Below, piece after piece: positions 9,590 to 19,755 of a stretch of DNA of 64,000 nucleotides (positions within the stretch are counted from its first letter, which is position 1; each line of letters begins with the position of its first letter). The notes under the pieces are model-generated. The model did no database searches and was not told the origin of the DNA. It saw only the letters and a program-made list of their open reading frames with translations. This DNA is from a virus (lineage: Duplodnaviria > Caudoviricetes). The DNA is taken from the IMG/VR virus record IMGVR_UViG_3300049596_000679, positions 1-64,000 of that record. One strand, 5' to 3'. A program made the translations under genes and the position numbers.

Positions 9590-12500
9590 ATGCCAAAATC
9601 ATATAGAATAAGGACTCAAGTAGGAGTTGACAAATACATCAATGTAAAATTAGACCAAGATTTTGATTTTTTAGAGATCCTATCTTTAAAAATAAATCAA
9701 TCAGACCTTTATACAAAGGTGTGTTCTGACTACGGAGTTGTGGTTGGTAGAGTTGTTGTAAATGGTGGTTTTGGGTTACCAAATGCTAAAGTGTCTATAT
9801 TCATACCTCTTACATCTGAAGATGCGTTAAATCCCACAATATCTGAATTATATCCATATAAGACTTTATCCGACAATAATGATGCTGGTTATAGATATAA
9901 CCTATTACCTCATGACCCATCTTATAGTGTTCATGCGGCGACAGGGACATTTCCAAATAGAGAGGAAGTATTAATAGATCAAACTTACATTGAGGTTTAT
10001 GACAAATATTACAAGTATACCGTTAAAACAAATGATAGTGGTGATTATATGATATTTGGAGTTCCTGTTGGAACTCAAACTATTTTTATGGATGTTGATT
10101 TATCCGATATTGGATGTTTCTCATTAACACCACAAGATTTAATTAATGCGGGACAAGCGACTGAAACACAAGTTAATGGATCAACATTTAAAAAGTCATC
10201 TAATTTAAGTGAATTACCACAAATTAAAACATTAAATAAAAATGTTGATATTTCGCCTCTTTGGGGACAAGAAGACATTTGTCAAATAGGTATTACTAGA
10301 GTTGATTTTGATTTAACTAATGAAGCAAACGTAACGATTAGGCCTAATGCAATTTTAATGGGGTCTCTTATTTCTACAACAAATGATGACGCACTTAAAA
10401 CAAATTGTAAACCAAAAAACAATACAGGTAATTTATGTGAGTTAATTGCAGGACCTGGTCAGATATTATCTATTAGACAAACAATATACCCTGATAAAAA
10501 TAATTTACCAATTCTTGAGGAACATAAGTTTGAACAAGATGGTAAGATTATAGATGGGGATGGATCGTTTTTAGCAAATGTTCCTATGAACTTGGATTAC
10601 ATTATTACAAATGAATTTGGAGAACAAGTAATATCTAACGACCCAAAAAAGGGAATCCCAACAAAAGGAAAATATAGGTTTAAATTTAAATGGAGTAATG
10701 AAGGAGGATTACAAAATGAGTTCCAAAGAGCAAATTTTTTAGTACCAAATATAAAAGAACATGGTTGGGTGTCAAGTAGTACTGACCCATTTGACCCAAG
10801 TTCAACAACACCATTTTCTATTATAATGCCGTCAACATTTCCTATTAACCCTCCACAATATACGGGATCAACAATTGCGGCAACTAATGGTGGGCTTTTA
10901 TTTGGTGATTCCATTAATAGTAAAAAATTCACAATTTATATTGATAGTGGTAGTGGACCACAACCTTATTATGGTGATATAACTGTTATACCCGTTAATG
11001 CTGGTGATATTATTTTGGCAGTTTCAGAACCAACAGATAATACACAACAACAAGAAGTTAATTTTACTTTTTATCCTCAGAATTATTTTGATTTATTAAG
11101 GTCATATACTTTTAGTTTAGATTGGGATGACTATGTTGACCCTTTATCTGCAATCAATTGTGAGGATACATTCTATGAACTGAACTATAATAAAGTTTAT
11201 ACTACGGCAATGTTTCTTGATAGATACAAAAATGGTGTATCAAGAGGTAGACACTTAGGTATTAAAGAAATTGATGATAGAGGTTGTAAATCAACGGTAA
11301 ATACATTTCCATCTAACGACATTATTAGAAATTTTGATTTTATATTTTTCATATTCAATATACTAATTAATGTTCTAACATTTCCATTATTAGTGTTATT
11401 ATTTGTTGCTCACTTTATTGCGTTTGCGTGGCCTGTTTTAAAGTACTTATTAATTGTTTTAGGGATATATTTTGCTTTTGACGCTATAAGGGATATGATT
11501 GACTGGATAAACTCGTTAATTGAGGTATTTGCATTTGCACCATTAGGTGGACCTGTAATTAATTTTGGTTTGATTTTAAGAATTGTCGCACAAGCATTAT
11601 CATTCATATTTAGGTTAGCGTTATCAATTGCGTTTATTGTATTTACAATAAAATACCTTCTTAAAATAAAAAACTTCCCAAGAATAGGGTTACCTATGAT
11701 ATCTTATCCTGAGTGTACAAGTTGTGATTGTGATTGTGGGCCGGCAACTTTAGATGATGATATTGATGCAAATTCAGTTAGTGATTCAATTACTGAACAA
11801 CAAACAGATACAGTTGAGGTTCAACTTGGTCAGGCAAACGGATTTTTGGCACCTGTTAATACCCCTGCATCATATAATGTTATTCATCCTAACAATCAAA
11901 ATAACCCTATTGAGGATCAAATGAAACGTAAAAGAGGTCCATTTTGGAATGGACCTTGTCTTGATGGTACTACAGATTTATGTTATGATTGTGGTGTACC
12001 ATCATTAATTACTGCGGCGATGGGACAAGATATAACACCTGAAGTTGCGGCAAGAGGTATTGTTGACTATCAACGAATGTTCTCAGGTTATGATATATTA
12101 AGCGCAACGGGAGTAGTAAATGAAACTACTATTTTTAGTAATGAATTTGCTTTATACCATGCCCCACAACCATTCATATTTTCCGCTTGGGATAACGCTG
12201 GTAATGACCCAAGAGGTTTTGCTTTTCCAACTAAACAAACTTTTCCTCAAAAATTAAATGAATTTAACACAAGAGATAAATATTTTGATTCTTATGGTGG
12301 TGCAAATAGAATAAAAAGTTTTGTTAACCCATCTTTAAATGGTAATACTTTTTTTGAAGATCAAATAATAGTTCTTTTAGCTAATCCAGGAACTAAAGAT
12401 CAAATGCAAGTTGGTAAACCAATTAGTTTTAATGACCCATTAAAATCTAATGGTTATGTTAACATAACAGGAGGCACATTAAACGAATTTGGTAATAATG

Positions 12501-15091
12501 CAATTACAGGTACAACAACAACAGGTCAAACATCAATATCCGTTACTTATGCGAACCCTTCAAATATTAATGATACGTTTGGAAATACAACACCTTTTAT
12601 AATTACCCAACCTGCATTCTCAAATATAACATCATCAATTATTGGTGATGAGGCGGGGTATTTACAATACCCCACTGATGTGGAATATTATCAGATGATA
12701 ACAGGTATGACCGCTTCTGATTTCTTAACGATATGTGGTAGTAGTAGTAACTCTGGCACATTTCCCACAAGTTCATTTTTAAAACATAGAATTGGATTTT
12801 TATATCCTTGTGGTAATGGTTATACGTCATATGATGCTGGTGAGGCCTTTACCCAAATGACAAATTATGAAAATTTTGAAATTATCATACTTAATAGAGG
12901 TGTTGACGTACATACCGCACCACAAAAAATAAAATATGATTTATCAAGAATATTTGGTAAATCGTTTGGTAACGTTATAACACCTGAAGGTGATTACTAT
13001 TTAAATGTGCCAATAAAACCAACAGGATTAAAACCGGCAAGTAATAACACCTTAACAAACTCGTCAACTAATCTTTATTTCCCATCATATAACTTTGATA
13101 TAGGACCTGCGAATGGAGCAAACCCTAACTATACTGCGTTTACTTCAAACTATCCTTATTATTATTTATCTACGGATGATCTTAGTGTTGTTGCCGATTA
13201 CCAACCAGTTAGTGGATGGCAATTTATTGGATCTTCTTCATTAACTAATACTCCAAGAACGATATTACAATCAAGTTTCTATACGATACCATCATTTATT
13301 TTACCAGTATCTCCATATACTAATTCTCCATACATTGGGGGAGGTACATTTTTAGGGAAAAAAAATAATGCTGGTTACCCTAGTTGTGGTAATAGTAGTA
13401 ATGCGAATACACCTAATAATGGTGACCCAGCTAAAGGAGAAATTGGTGTTGTGCCATCAAACCAATTATCTGCGTTATACTCACCTGTTTATTATCGATA
13501 TGGATTACCTGGTGTAAATTTTAACGATAAAACTAAAATGGTTATGAGAAGTGACCGACTACCAACATCTACAAAAACTGAAGATGGTTTTGGATCAAAA
13601 ACAGGTTTTGCGTTACATCAAAATAATAATTTTACATTTTATAATGCGGATGGAAGTTCTTCGTCATCAGGTAATGGTGTTGCGTCTGATTTAGCGTCAG
13701 GTAATCAATTTGATTTACCTGATGGAATAGCTTCAATTGCCTCTACATTAACTTGTGATGATATGGTTTCATTACAATGTTATCAAGGTTCGGGTAATAA
13801 CGTAACCGTAATACCACCTAATCAATGTGTTGTACCTGAGGGTAGAGTTAAAAAAGGTTGTTATTGTTTATTAAATAAAAATTACATCTCACAATACGAT
13901 GAAGATGTAAAATTATTCTTAGAATGGAAAACAAGATTTACAATTACATTTGCTGCTTGTCGTGGAGTATTTGCCCAAGTATTCCAAAACAATTGGATAA
14001 ATGGGGTGTTATATATGTTCTCATTTAATAAGACCGCAACATATGCCGCCTTGTCTACTATACCAACATATAATTATTGTGATGATGTTATTGTTTTTAA
14101 TAAATTAAGTAATAGTTTTTATTATAGATCTTCGCCATGGAAAGCCAGTACTCAACAATTTATTGGGAAAAACAAACCTTTGGTTAATCCATTATGGCCA
14201 ACATCTATAATCAATGGTTATCCTGGTTTAGGGTATAATGAAAAACAAATCCAATTCCCAACAACGATTGCTGATTTAGGACCTAGAGATCAATTCATTA
14301 CTGAGATATGTAATAACTCAAATTTTAATGGATATATGGTTGATCAAGTTAAATCTACTTCTTATCAAGACACATCAGATATAATCCAAATTGGATTTTT
14401 ATCTAGATTATTAAATGATACGTTTAGACAGACAATCTTACCTATAGCGGTGGGTGGTGGTAGTACCGAAGGTAAGGGTATTATCCAATTCTTTAATAGT
14501 ACTAGAAAAGCGGATAGAATAGATGGTGATTTTGCTCAAGCATTATCAATAAACTCTGAATGGAAAATTAACCCATTTATTTTTGAAAATTACCCTAATC
14601 CAAATTCAATTTATTTTGGTAATGATAACCAATCACCCGCAAGACCTGTGTTTGGTATTTTATTTGAAACTCCAACTGATGAATATAAATATAGAAGAAG
14701 ATTTACACCTGGTGTTGAAACATATAGTCAATCACCATTAATACAAGATTATTATGGTTTTCCAAAGACACAAGATGTTCCTCATTATCAATGGAAAATA
14801 GTGTCATCTCCAAATATATTTGGTTCTGAAAATAATAATTGGTATACATTTGGACCTTTTTTCCATAAGGGATATCAAAATTTAGATTTTAACATTGATC
14901 CGTATTTCCAATCTTCAACAACTAAATTAGGTATGATAACTAATTTTGATGTTAGTGGACAACCATTACCAACACCACAAGTATCGACACAAGTTATAGT
15001 TGGGGCACCATTCCATTTTTATTTTGGGTTAAATAATGGTAAAACCGCAATTGATAAATTTGTTAAATTATATGTAAATAACGAGGGATAA
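9590..15091 (+). CDS. large virion-associated protein (1833 aa) with an internal hydrophobic multi-helix segment
   Basis: long ORF in the baseplate cluster; N-terminal beta-rich domain (GVVVGRV..LPNAKVSIF); hydrophobic stretch around aa 580-695. Confidence 0.75.
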   Translation: MPKSYRIRTQVGVDKYINVKLDQDFDFLEILSLKINQSDLYTKVCSDYGVVVGRVVVNGGFGLPNAKVSIFIPLTSEDALNPTISELYPYKTLSDNNDAGYRYNLLPHDPSYSVHAATGTFPNREEVLIDQTYIEVYDKYYKYTVKTNDSGDYMIFGVPVGTQTIFMDVDLSDIGCFSLTPQDLINAGQATETQVNGSTFKKSSNLSELPQIKTLNKNVDISPLWGQEDICQIGITRVDFDLTNEANVTIRPNAILMGSLISTTNDDALKTNCKPKNNTGNLCELIAGPGQILSIRQTIYPDKNNLPILEEHKFEQDGKIIDGDGSFLANVPMNLDYIITNEFGEQVISNDPKKGIPTKGKYRFKFKWSNEGGLQNEFQRANFLVPNIKEHGWVSSSTDPFDPSSTTPFSIIMPSTFPINPPQYTGSTIAATNGGLLFGDSINSKKFTIYIDSGSGPQPYYGDITVIPVNAGDIILAVSEPTDNTQQQEVNFTFYPQNYFDLLRSYTFSLDWDDYVDPLSAINCEDTFYELNYNKVYTTAMFLDRYKNGVSRGRHLGIKEIDDRGCKSTVNTFPSNDIIRNFDFIFFIFNILINVLTFPLLVLLFVAHFIAFAWPVLKYLLIVLGIYFAFDAIRDMIDWINSLIEVFAFAPLGGPVINFGLILRIVAQALSFIFRLALSIAFIVFTIKYLLKIKNFPRIGLPMISYPECTSCDCDCGPATLDDDIDANSVSDSITEQQTDTVEVQLGQANGFLAPVNTPASYNVIHPNNQNNPIEDQMKRKRGPFWNGPCLDGTTDLCYDCGVPSLITAAMGQDITPEVAARGIVDYQRMFSGYDILSATGVVNETTIFSNEFALYHAPQPFIFSAWDNAGNDPRGFAFPTKQTFPQKLNEFNTRDKYFDSYGGANRIKSFVNPSLNGNTFFEDQIIVLLANPGTKDQMQVGKPISFNDPLKSNGYVNITGGTLNEFGNNAITGTTTTGQTSISVTYANPSNINDTFGNTTPFIITQPAFSNITSSIIGDEAGYLQYPTDVEYYQMITGMTASDFLTICGSSSNSGTFPTSSFLKHRIGFLYPCGNGYTSYDAGEAFTQMTNYENFEIIILNRGVDVHTAPQKIKYDLSRIFGKSFGNVITPEGDYYLNVPIKPTGLKPASNNTLTNSSTNLYFPSYNFDIGPANGANPNYTAFTSNYPYYYLSTDDLSVVADYQPVSGWQFIGSSSLTNTPRTILQSSFYTIPSFILPVSPYTNSPYIGGGTFLGKKNNAGYPSCGNSSNANTPNNGDPAKGEIGVVPSNQLSALYSPVYYRYGLPGVNFNDKTKMVMRSDRLPTSTKTEDGFGSKTGFALHQNNNFTFYNADGSSSSSGNGVASDLASGNQFDLPDGIASIASTLTCDDMVSLQCYQGSGNNVTVIPPNQCVVPEGRVKKGCYCLLNKNYISQYDEDVKLFLEWKTRFTITFAACRGVFAQVFQNNWINGVLYMFSFNKTATYAALSTIPTYNYCDDVIVFNKLSNSFYYRSSPWKASTQQFIGKNKPLVNPLWPTSIINGYPGLGYNEKQIQFPTTIADLGPRDQFITEICNNSNFNGYMVDQVKSTSYQDTSDIIQIGFLSRLLNDTFRQTILPIAVGGGSTEGKGIIQFFNSTRKADRIDGDFAQALSINSEWKINPFIFENYPNPNSIYFGNDNQSPARPVFGILFETPTDEYKYRRRFTPGVETYSQSPLIQDYYGFPKTQDVPHYQWKIVSSPNIFGSENNNWYTFGPFFHKGYQNLDFNIDPYFQSSTTKLGMITNFDVSGQPLPTPQVSTQVIVGAPFHFYFGLNNGKTAIDKFVKLYVNNEG

Positions 15092-15092
15092 G

Positions 15093-16826
15093 ATGATAGA
15101 TAACTCAACAAATATTGTGTTAGGAAGTTTAAGATATAAGGGATCAAGTGATACCGATCTTTTTATTGACGTTCCTTTGGAACAAACGGAAAAAGAAATA
15201 GTTGAATTTGATAGAAATGTTGACTTAAGTTTACAACAAGTTTTTGATGACGAAAGGCAATCATCATCAATTTTTAGACCTGTAACTAAATACACGTTTT
15301 TATTTAAAAATGAATACACAGGATCAACAACTTATGTCCCATATAGAAATAACTTGTATTACACAAATGAGATTAATAATTCAATATCTTATGGTACAAA
15401 CCCTAACACGCCTTGGGAAGGGTATCCACAATATAGTGAATTTGATTTTATTAGGGTTGATAATAATGTAGTAGGATATACTCAACCACCAAATAACCAT
15501 GTAACATTTATAAATAAAAGTGCCTCAACTTATAATTGGACTCATTATATGAGTTATGCGTATGGTAATGATTATACAAAACAATTATCTGCAATTGATA
15601 GTGAAACTACCGCATCTTGGTTTTGGATGGCGTCAGATGGTATACCATTTGTAATAATATCAGGTAGTGATGACAATGGTAATTATATTACGTTTAAATG
15701 TCCTATGAAACATGGGTTACTAACAGGAGAATTTGTTGAATTACCATTCAACTATAATGGAGAAACTATTTTTCAAGTTAATGGACTTGGTGATGATAAG
15801 TTTGGTAGTGAAGAATATATTTTTAAACTTTATAATGTTGGTTTTACTGGTACCACGTTCCAAAATGGAACCGCAAGTACATTTAAACGTATAATTAATA
15901 AAAGTAATAGTGGGGAAACAATGTCAGAATATTATGTTAGAAAACATAAAATTTTAACTAACTCAGAATGTGCTTTATTAATAAAGGCGGGATTTGAACA
16001 AAATATATTTGAATCAAAATCAAAATTTGAAAAAGATGTCTTAACTCCAAATAATATAAATAGGACTTCAGTAAAAGAAGGTAATCAATCATATACTTTA
16101 TCATTTAATTGTGATATTGATATTAATCCATTACGTGATAATCAAAATAGACCCATATCTGAATTGTATTTTACCACATTATGGAAAGGTTATTTTGGGT
16201 GGACTAAAGGTATGAAACAAGGGTGGGAATTTAATCAACCATTAGATAATGGTTTACCAAATTCTTGGTGGGATCAAAATAATTTTCTTTCAAATACAAA
16301 CATAACCGAAGGTCAATATAATTCAAATACATTACCACCTGTTGGCCCGTTTTACTATAATGAAGATTTAGTAACAGGAGATACAATTGATGGTGATTTT
16401 TGTGAATGGAATGATTACGAACAAACGGAGAGAGTAATTTCAAAGTATATTAATAAGATAATTTTTAATGATTTAAAATTTAATATTGAAACTGATGCTC
16501 AACCATCTAATGAATTCGGTTATTATTATTACCCCCATAGTCCAATTGTAATAAGAGAATATTCTGAATATATTGAAGAGGCCGACTCTAATTTAATATT
16601 AGATATCCCTGACTATGCATTTTATTCTAATTTATCAAATAGTTTCAGATGGAGAGATCTATATACTTATGGGTATATAGATACCAATGGTATTGGTGTT
16701 AACTATCCATTTATGAATAATAAACATTACCCATATGTTAATACTATTTTTAGATTAACACCAGAAGGGATAGGAGTACAAAACATAAACGCTATTGCAG
16801 AACCTATAGTTGATGAGTGTGAATAA
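15093..16826 (+). CDS. putative structural (baseplate/tail) protein
   Basis: 577 aa, tightly packed in the structural operon. Confidence 0.65.
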   Translation: MIDNSTNIVLGSLRYKGSSDTDLFIDVPLEQTEKEIVEFDRNVDLSLQQVFDDERQSSSIFRPVTKYTFLFKNEYTGSTTYVPYRNNLYYTNEINNSISYGTNPNTPWEGYPQYSEFDFIRVDNNVVGYTQPPNNHVTFINKSASTYNWTHYMSYAYGNDYTKQLSAIDSETTASWFWMASDGIPFVIISGSDDNGNYITFKCPMKHGLLTGEFVELPFNYNGETIFQVNGLGDDKFGSEEYIFKLYNVGFTGTTFQNGTASTFKRIINKSNSGETMSEYYVRKHKILTNSECALLIKAGFEQNIFESKSKFEKDVLTPNNINRTSVKEGNQSYTLSFNCDIDINPLRDNQNRPISELYFTTLWKGYFGWTKGMKQGWEFNQPLDNGLPNSWWDQNNFLSNTNITEGQYNSNTLPPVGPFYYNEDLVTGDTIDGDFCEWNDYEQTERVISKYINKIIFNDLKFNIETDAQPSNEFGYYYYPHSPIVIREYSEYIEEADSNLILDIPDYAFYSNLSNSFRWRDLYTYGYIDTNGIGVNYPFMNNKHYPYVNTIFRLTPEGIGVQNINAIAEPIVDECE

Positions 16827-17622
16827 AATTAAAATAATAAGACCAACCACAAATAACTATGTGGATATTCCCATTGAAATGAAATGGGATTTTGCGGGTC
16901 ATGACGATAGTATTTTGGAATACCAAAAAGAGATGGTTAAGGAAATTATTGGGTCACCGAATGACTTTGAGATTAGTCGTTTTTCACATAATTCCAATAA
17001 TGTAGGAGAAACTGATATTAATTATGAATTTTATTTTTATGATAATGTATCACCAATAACCGCAAATACGATTAATCAAACAAATTGGGGAATATCTTAT
17101 ATAAATGAAGGTTTTACAAATGAGGAGGTATACTATTATACTAAACCTTTTACTAAGTCATTCTTTAAACTGGATTTTTACGATACTACTGATGAAAAAA
17201 CCCAACAAATTTATTTCACAATAATATTACCTGTACAACAAGGGGATTCTATGAGTGTAAGTTTAAATGTATTATTACCAAATGTTGACATTAGAAAACC
17301 CAAATTCAAATTGGATTATATTGGAGATAAAGAAGGGTTTTTCATTTATTGGTTAAGAGAAAGAAATTTTTACGATATAAGTGAATTTTATATGTCATCT
17401 AAATTTTTTGATGCAAAATTAGGGGTATATGTTGTAATGACTAATACGCCACAACCATTAATAACCCCAAATAAGTTTAATTTTTTACCCCAAGACTATT
17501 TTTATTACAAAGTAAACTTAGATTATAATAATAAGACATATGAAGTGTCATCTACCTCAACAACATTAAAGGTTGGTGAAGCATCGACACCAATAAAATG
17601 GTATGAATACGTAAACCCATAA
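16810..17622 (+). CDS. putative structural protein
   Basis: 270 aa, overlapping neighbours in the structural operon. Confidence 0.65.
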   Translation: MMSVNKIKIIRPTTNNYVDIPIEMKWDFAGHDDSILEYQKEMVKEIIGSPNDFEISRFSHNSNNVGETDINYEFYFYDNVSPITANTINQTNWGISYINEGFTNEEVYYYTKPFTKSFFKLDFYDTTDEKTQQIYFTIILPVQQGDSMSVSLNVLLPNVDIRKPKFKLDYIGDKEGFFIYWLRERNFYDISEFYMSSKFFDAKLGVYVVMTNTPQPLITPNKFNFLPQDYFYYKVNLDYNNKTYEVSSTSTTLKVGEASTPIKWYEYVNP

Positions 17623-18800
17623 TGGAAGAACAAAAATATTACTTTAAAATATCTCCCGAAAACATTTACGGAGATCTTAGATTGGTTCAGTACACAGGTA
17701 ATACAGATATGTATGATATGACCGATCCTTGTTGTCCCATATTAACGGGGGAAACAAGTGTAACTGGTGTTGATTATATTGGAGTTTATACCGGAATGTC
17801 TTATGTCTTGTCAGGTGGTACAAATGGTGATTCACTTTTAACTGGATTAACAATCCCAATATTATTTACAGAAACTGCGGTTGATATGGGGTATTATTCT
17901 GTTTTTGATGGTGCGGTTTTACAAAAAGATGTTATTAATAATTTCTTATTTTCTGGAACAACAGGTAGTCCTTATACGTATTATTTTTATAATACTTCGG
18001 ACACCGAATTTATAAAATTCTTATCGTTAGTTACTTATGTTGTTGATTGGGGCGACGGGTCACCAACGGTAACACTTACAAATACTTCGCCAATTTCACA
18101 TAATTACCCAACTTCAAATAGTGAGTATCATATAACTATGACCGCTAATTCGCCATGGGGGATTTCAAAAATAACAAAAACAATTACTACACCATTTGAT
18201 GATGTTATAATATCAAACCCTAATGGTACCGCAACATTTACACCGGCTGGTGGTAATTGGACGGGAACATCATTCAATTATGATTACATTTTTAGTGGGG
18301 ATTCAAATACAGACATAAATGATTTCTTCAGTTACAATTATACAACCATACCATTCTTAATAACGGGATATACGGAATCAACTATGAATGATTTATCCCA
18401 ATATGGTCCAAAGGGTAATCTTTACGGTGGTAAATACAAGATAGGAATTCAGGTGACGGGAACTACAGGTAGTGTTGGTACTGTATGGGGACCTGATCCA
18501 AATGGATTATATACTGCATATACAATAAATCAAATTGATTATTTTGATTATGAAGATTTTACACTTTTTATGGTGTATTCATCGGGATTTACTCAAAATG
18601 ATTTAATAATGACTGGTTTAACTAAAAACGAAGCATTAATAAATGTTATTGATCAACCTGAGGTTCAAACTAATGTTTTTATTGAAAGAGGTAAAAACTC
18701 TGCCTTAGAATATATTGAAAGGATAGGTGAGGTTGATAATGTTGGGGACTTAGAAAAATATGGGTATGGATTTTTTAATGTCAAAAAAGACCTTAGTTAA
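17622..18800 (+). CDS. putative structural protein with a PKD-like module
   Basis: VDWGDGS...SHNY motif; Thr/Gly-rich. Confidence 0.65.
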   Translation: MEEQKYYFKISPENIYGDLRLVQYTGNTDMYDMTDPCCPILTGETSVTGVDYIGVYTGMSYVLSGGTNGDSLLTGLTIPILFTETAVDMGYYSVFDGAVLQKDVINNFLFSGTTGSPYTYYFYNTSDTEFIKFLSLVTYVVDWGDGSPTVTLTNTSPISHNYPTSNSEYHITMTANSPWGISKITKTITTPFDDVIISNPNGTATFTPAGGNWTGTSFNYDYIFSGDSNTDINDFFSYNYTTIPFLITGYTESTMNDLSQYGPKGNLYGGKYKIGIQVTGTTGSVGTVWGPDPNGLYTAYTINQIDYFDYEDFTLFMVYSSGFTQNDLIMTGLTKNEALINVIDQPEVQTNVFIERGKNSALEYIERIGEVDNVGDLEKYGYGFFNVKKDLS

Positions 18801-18847
18801 GTATTTATTAGGTAAGGAAAAATAAACTAAATATAAATTAAATTCTT

Positions 18848-19753
18848 GTGGCTACAGGTAATTACGGAACAATAAGAAGTGCGGACGTTAGTCCTGATGA
18901 CGTAGAGATCATCTTGAATTATACGCCATCAAGGGATGAAACAGATAACTTTGTTTTAACTAAATTAGATGCAAAATCTATTTTACGACCATATTTTCAC
19001 AATGCAACAACTGGTGGTAATTCAGGTGTTGAAATTTTAGGTGGTTTATATAACTTAAAATTACCGGCTGATCAATTTAATAAGTTAGGTATATATACAT
19101 TGTATATTAGACCGGCAGAAATTAGAACTAAAATAACAGATTGTGGTGTTCTATCTTCATTACCTAATGTTAAAGGTATTGTAATTGACTTGAATAATGT
19201 TCCATCACAATATAGAAATAAATTTGTTAATCAAGGTTTAATTGGTTTTAGAGTTGAATACTTAAATTCTGATGGAACTAAAATTCCTAATTTTTTTAGA
19301 ATTATAACCTCATCATTTTATTGTGAACCTGTTGTTCAAAATTTAACAAACACATCACAAAAGGCTATTAGATATAGGTATGTAGAAAGTACATCAAACT
19401 TACTTTTCTGTACACTTTCACCATCATCTTCTCCAACTAATAAACCAAGTGCCACACCATTTATTGGTCAACCTGATCAGAATGTTATTATAACTAATAC
19501 ATTTTTTAATCCTATAACTACAGAAATTGAAATTGTAGAACACGATATATCGACATTGGCAATTGCCCTTTATGGTAATCAAACCAAATCTATTGATGAT
19601 GGAATTTACACAATCTATGATAGCGCTAATAACATCTACAAACAATACAACTTATTTGAGGTACGTGATCAATTTAATGAGTTATTATATGAAGTTAGAC
19701 AAGATAGAAATAACAATATTGATTTTAGTAAAAGTTTTAACAACATAGTATAA
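18848..19753 (+). CDS. putative structural protein
   Basis: 301 aa, GTG start, preceded by TATTTAT motif. Confidence 0.65.
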   Translation: MATGNYGTIRSADVSPDDVEIILNYTPSRDETDNFVLTKLDAKSILRPYFHNATTGGNSGVEILGGLYNLKLPADQFNKLGIYTLYIRPAEIRTKITDCGVLSSLPNVKGIVIDLNNVPSQYRNKFVNQGLIGFRVEYLNSDGTKIPNFFRIITSSFYCEPVVQNLTNTSQKAIRYRYVESTSNLLFCTLSPSSSPTNKPSATPFIGQPDQNVIITNTFFNPITTEIEIVEHDISTLAIALYGNQTKSIDDGIYTIYDSANNIYKQYNLFEVRDQFNELLYEVRQDRNNNIDFSKSFNNIV

Positions 19754-19755
19754 CG

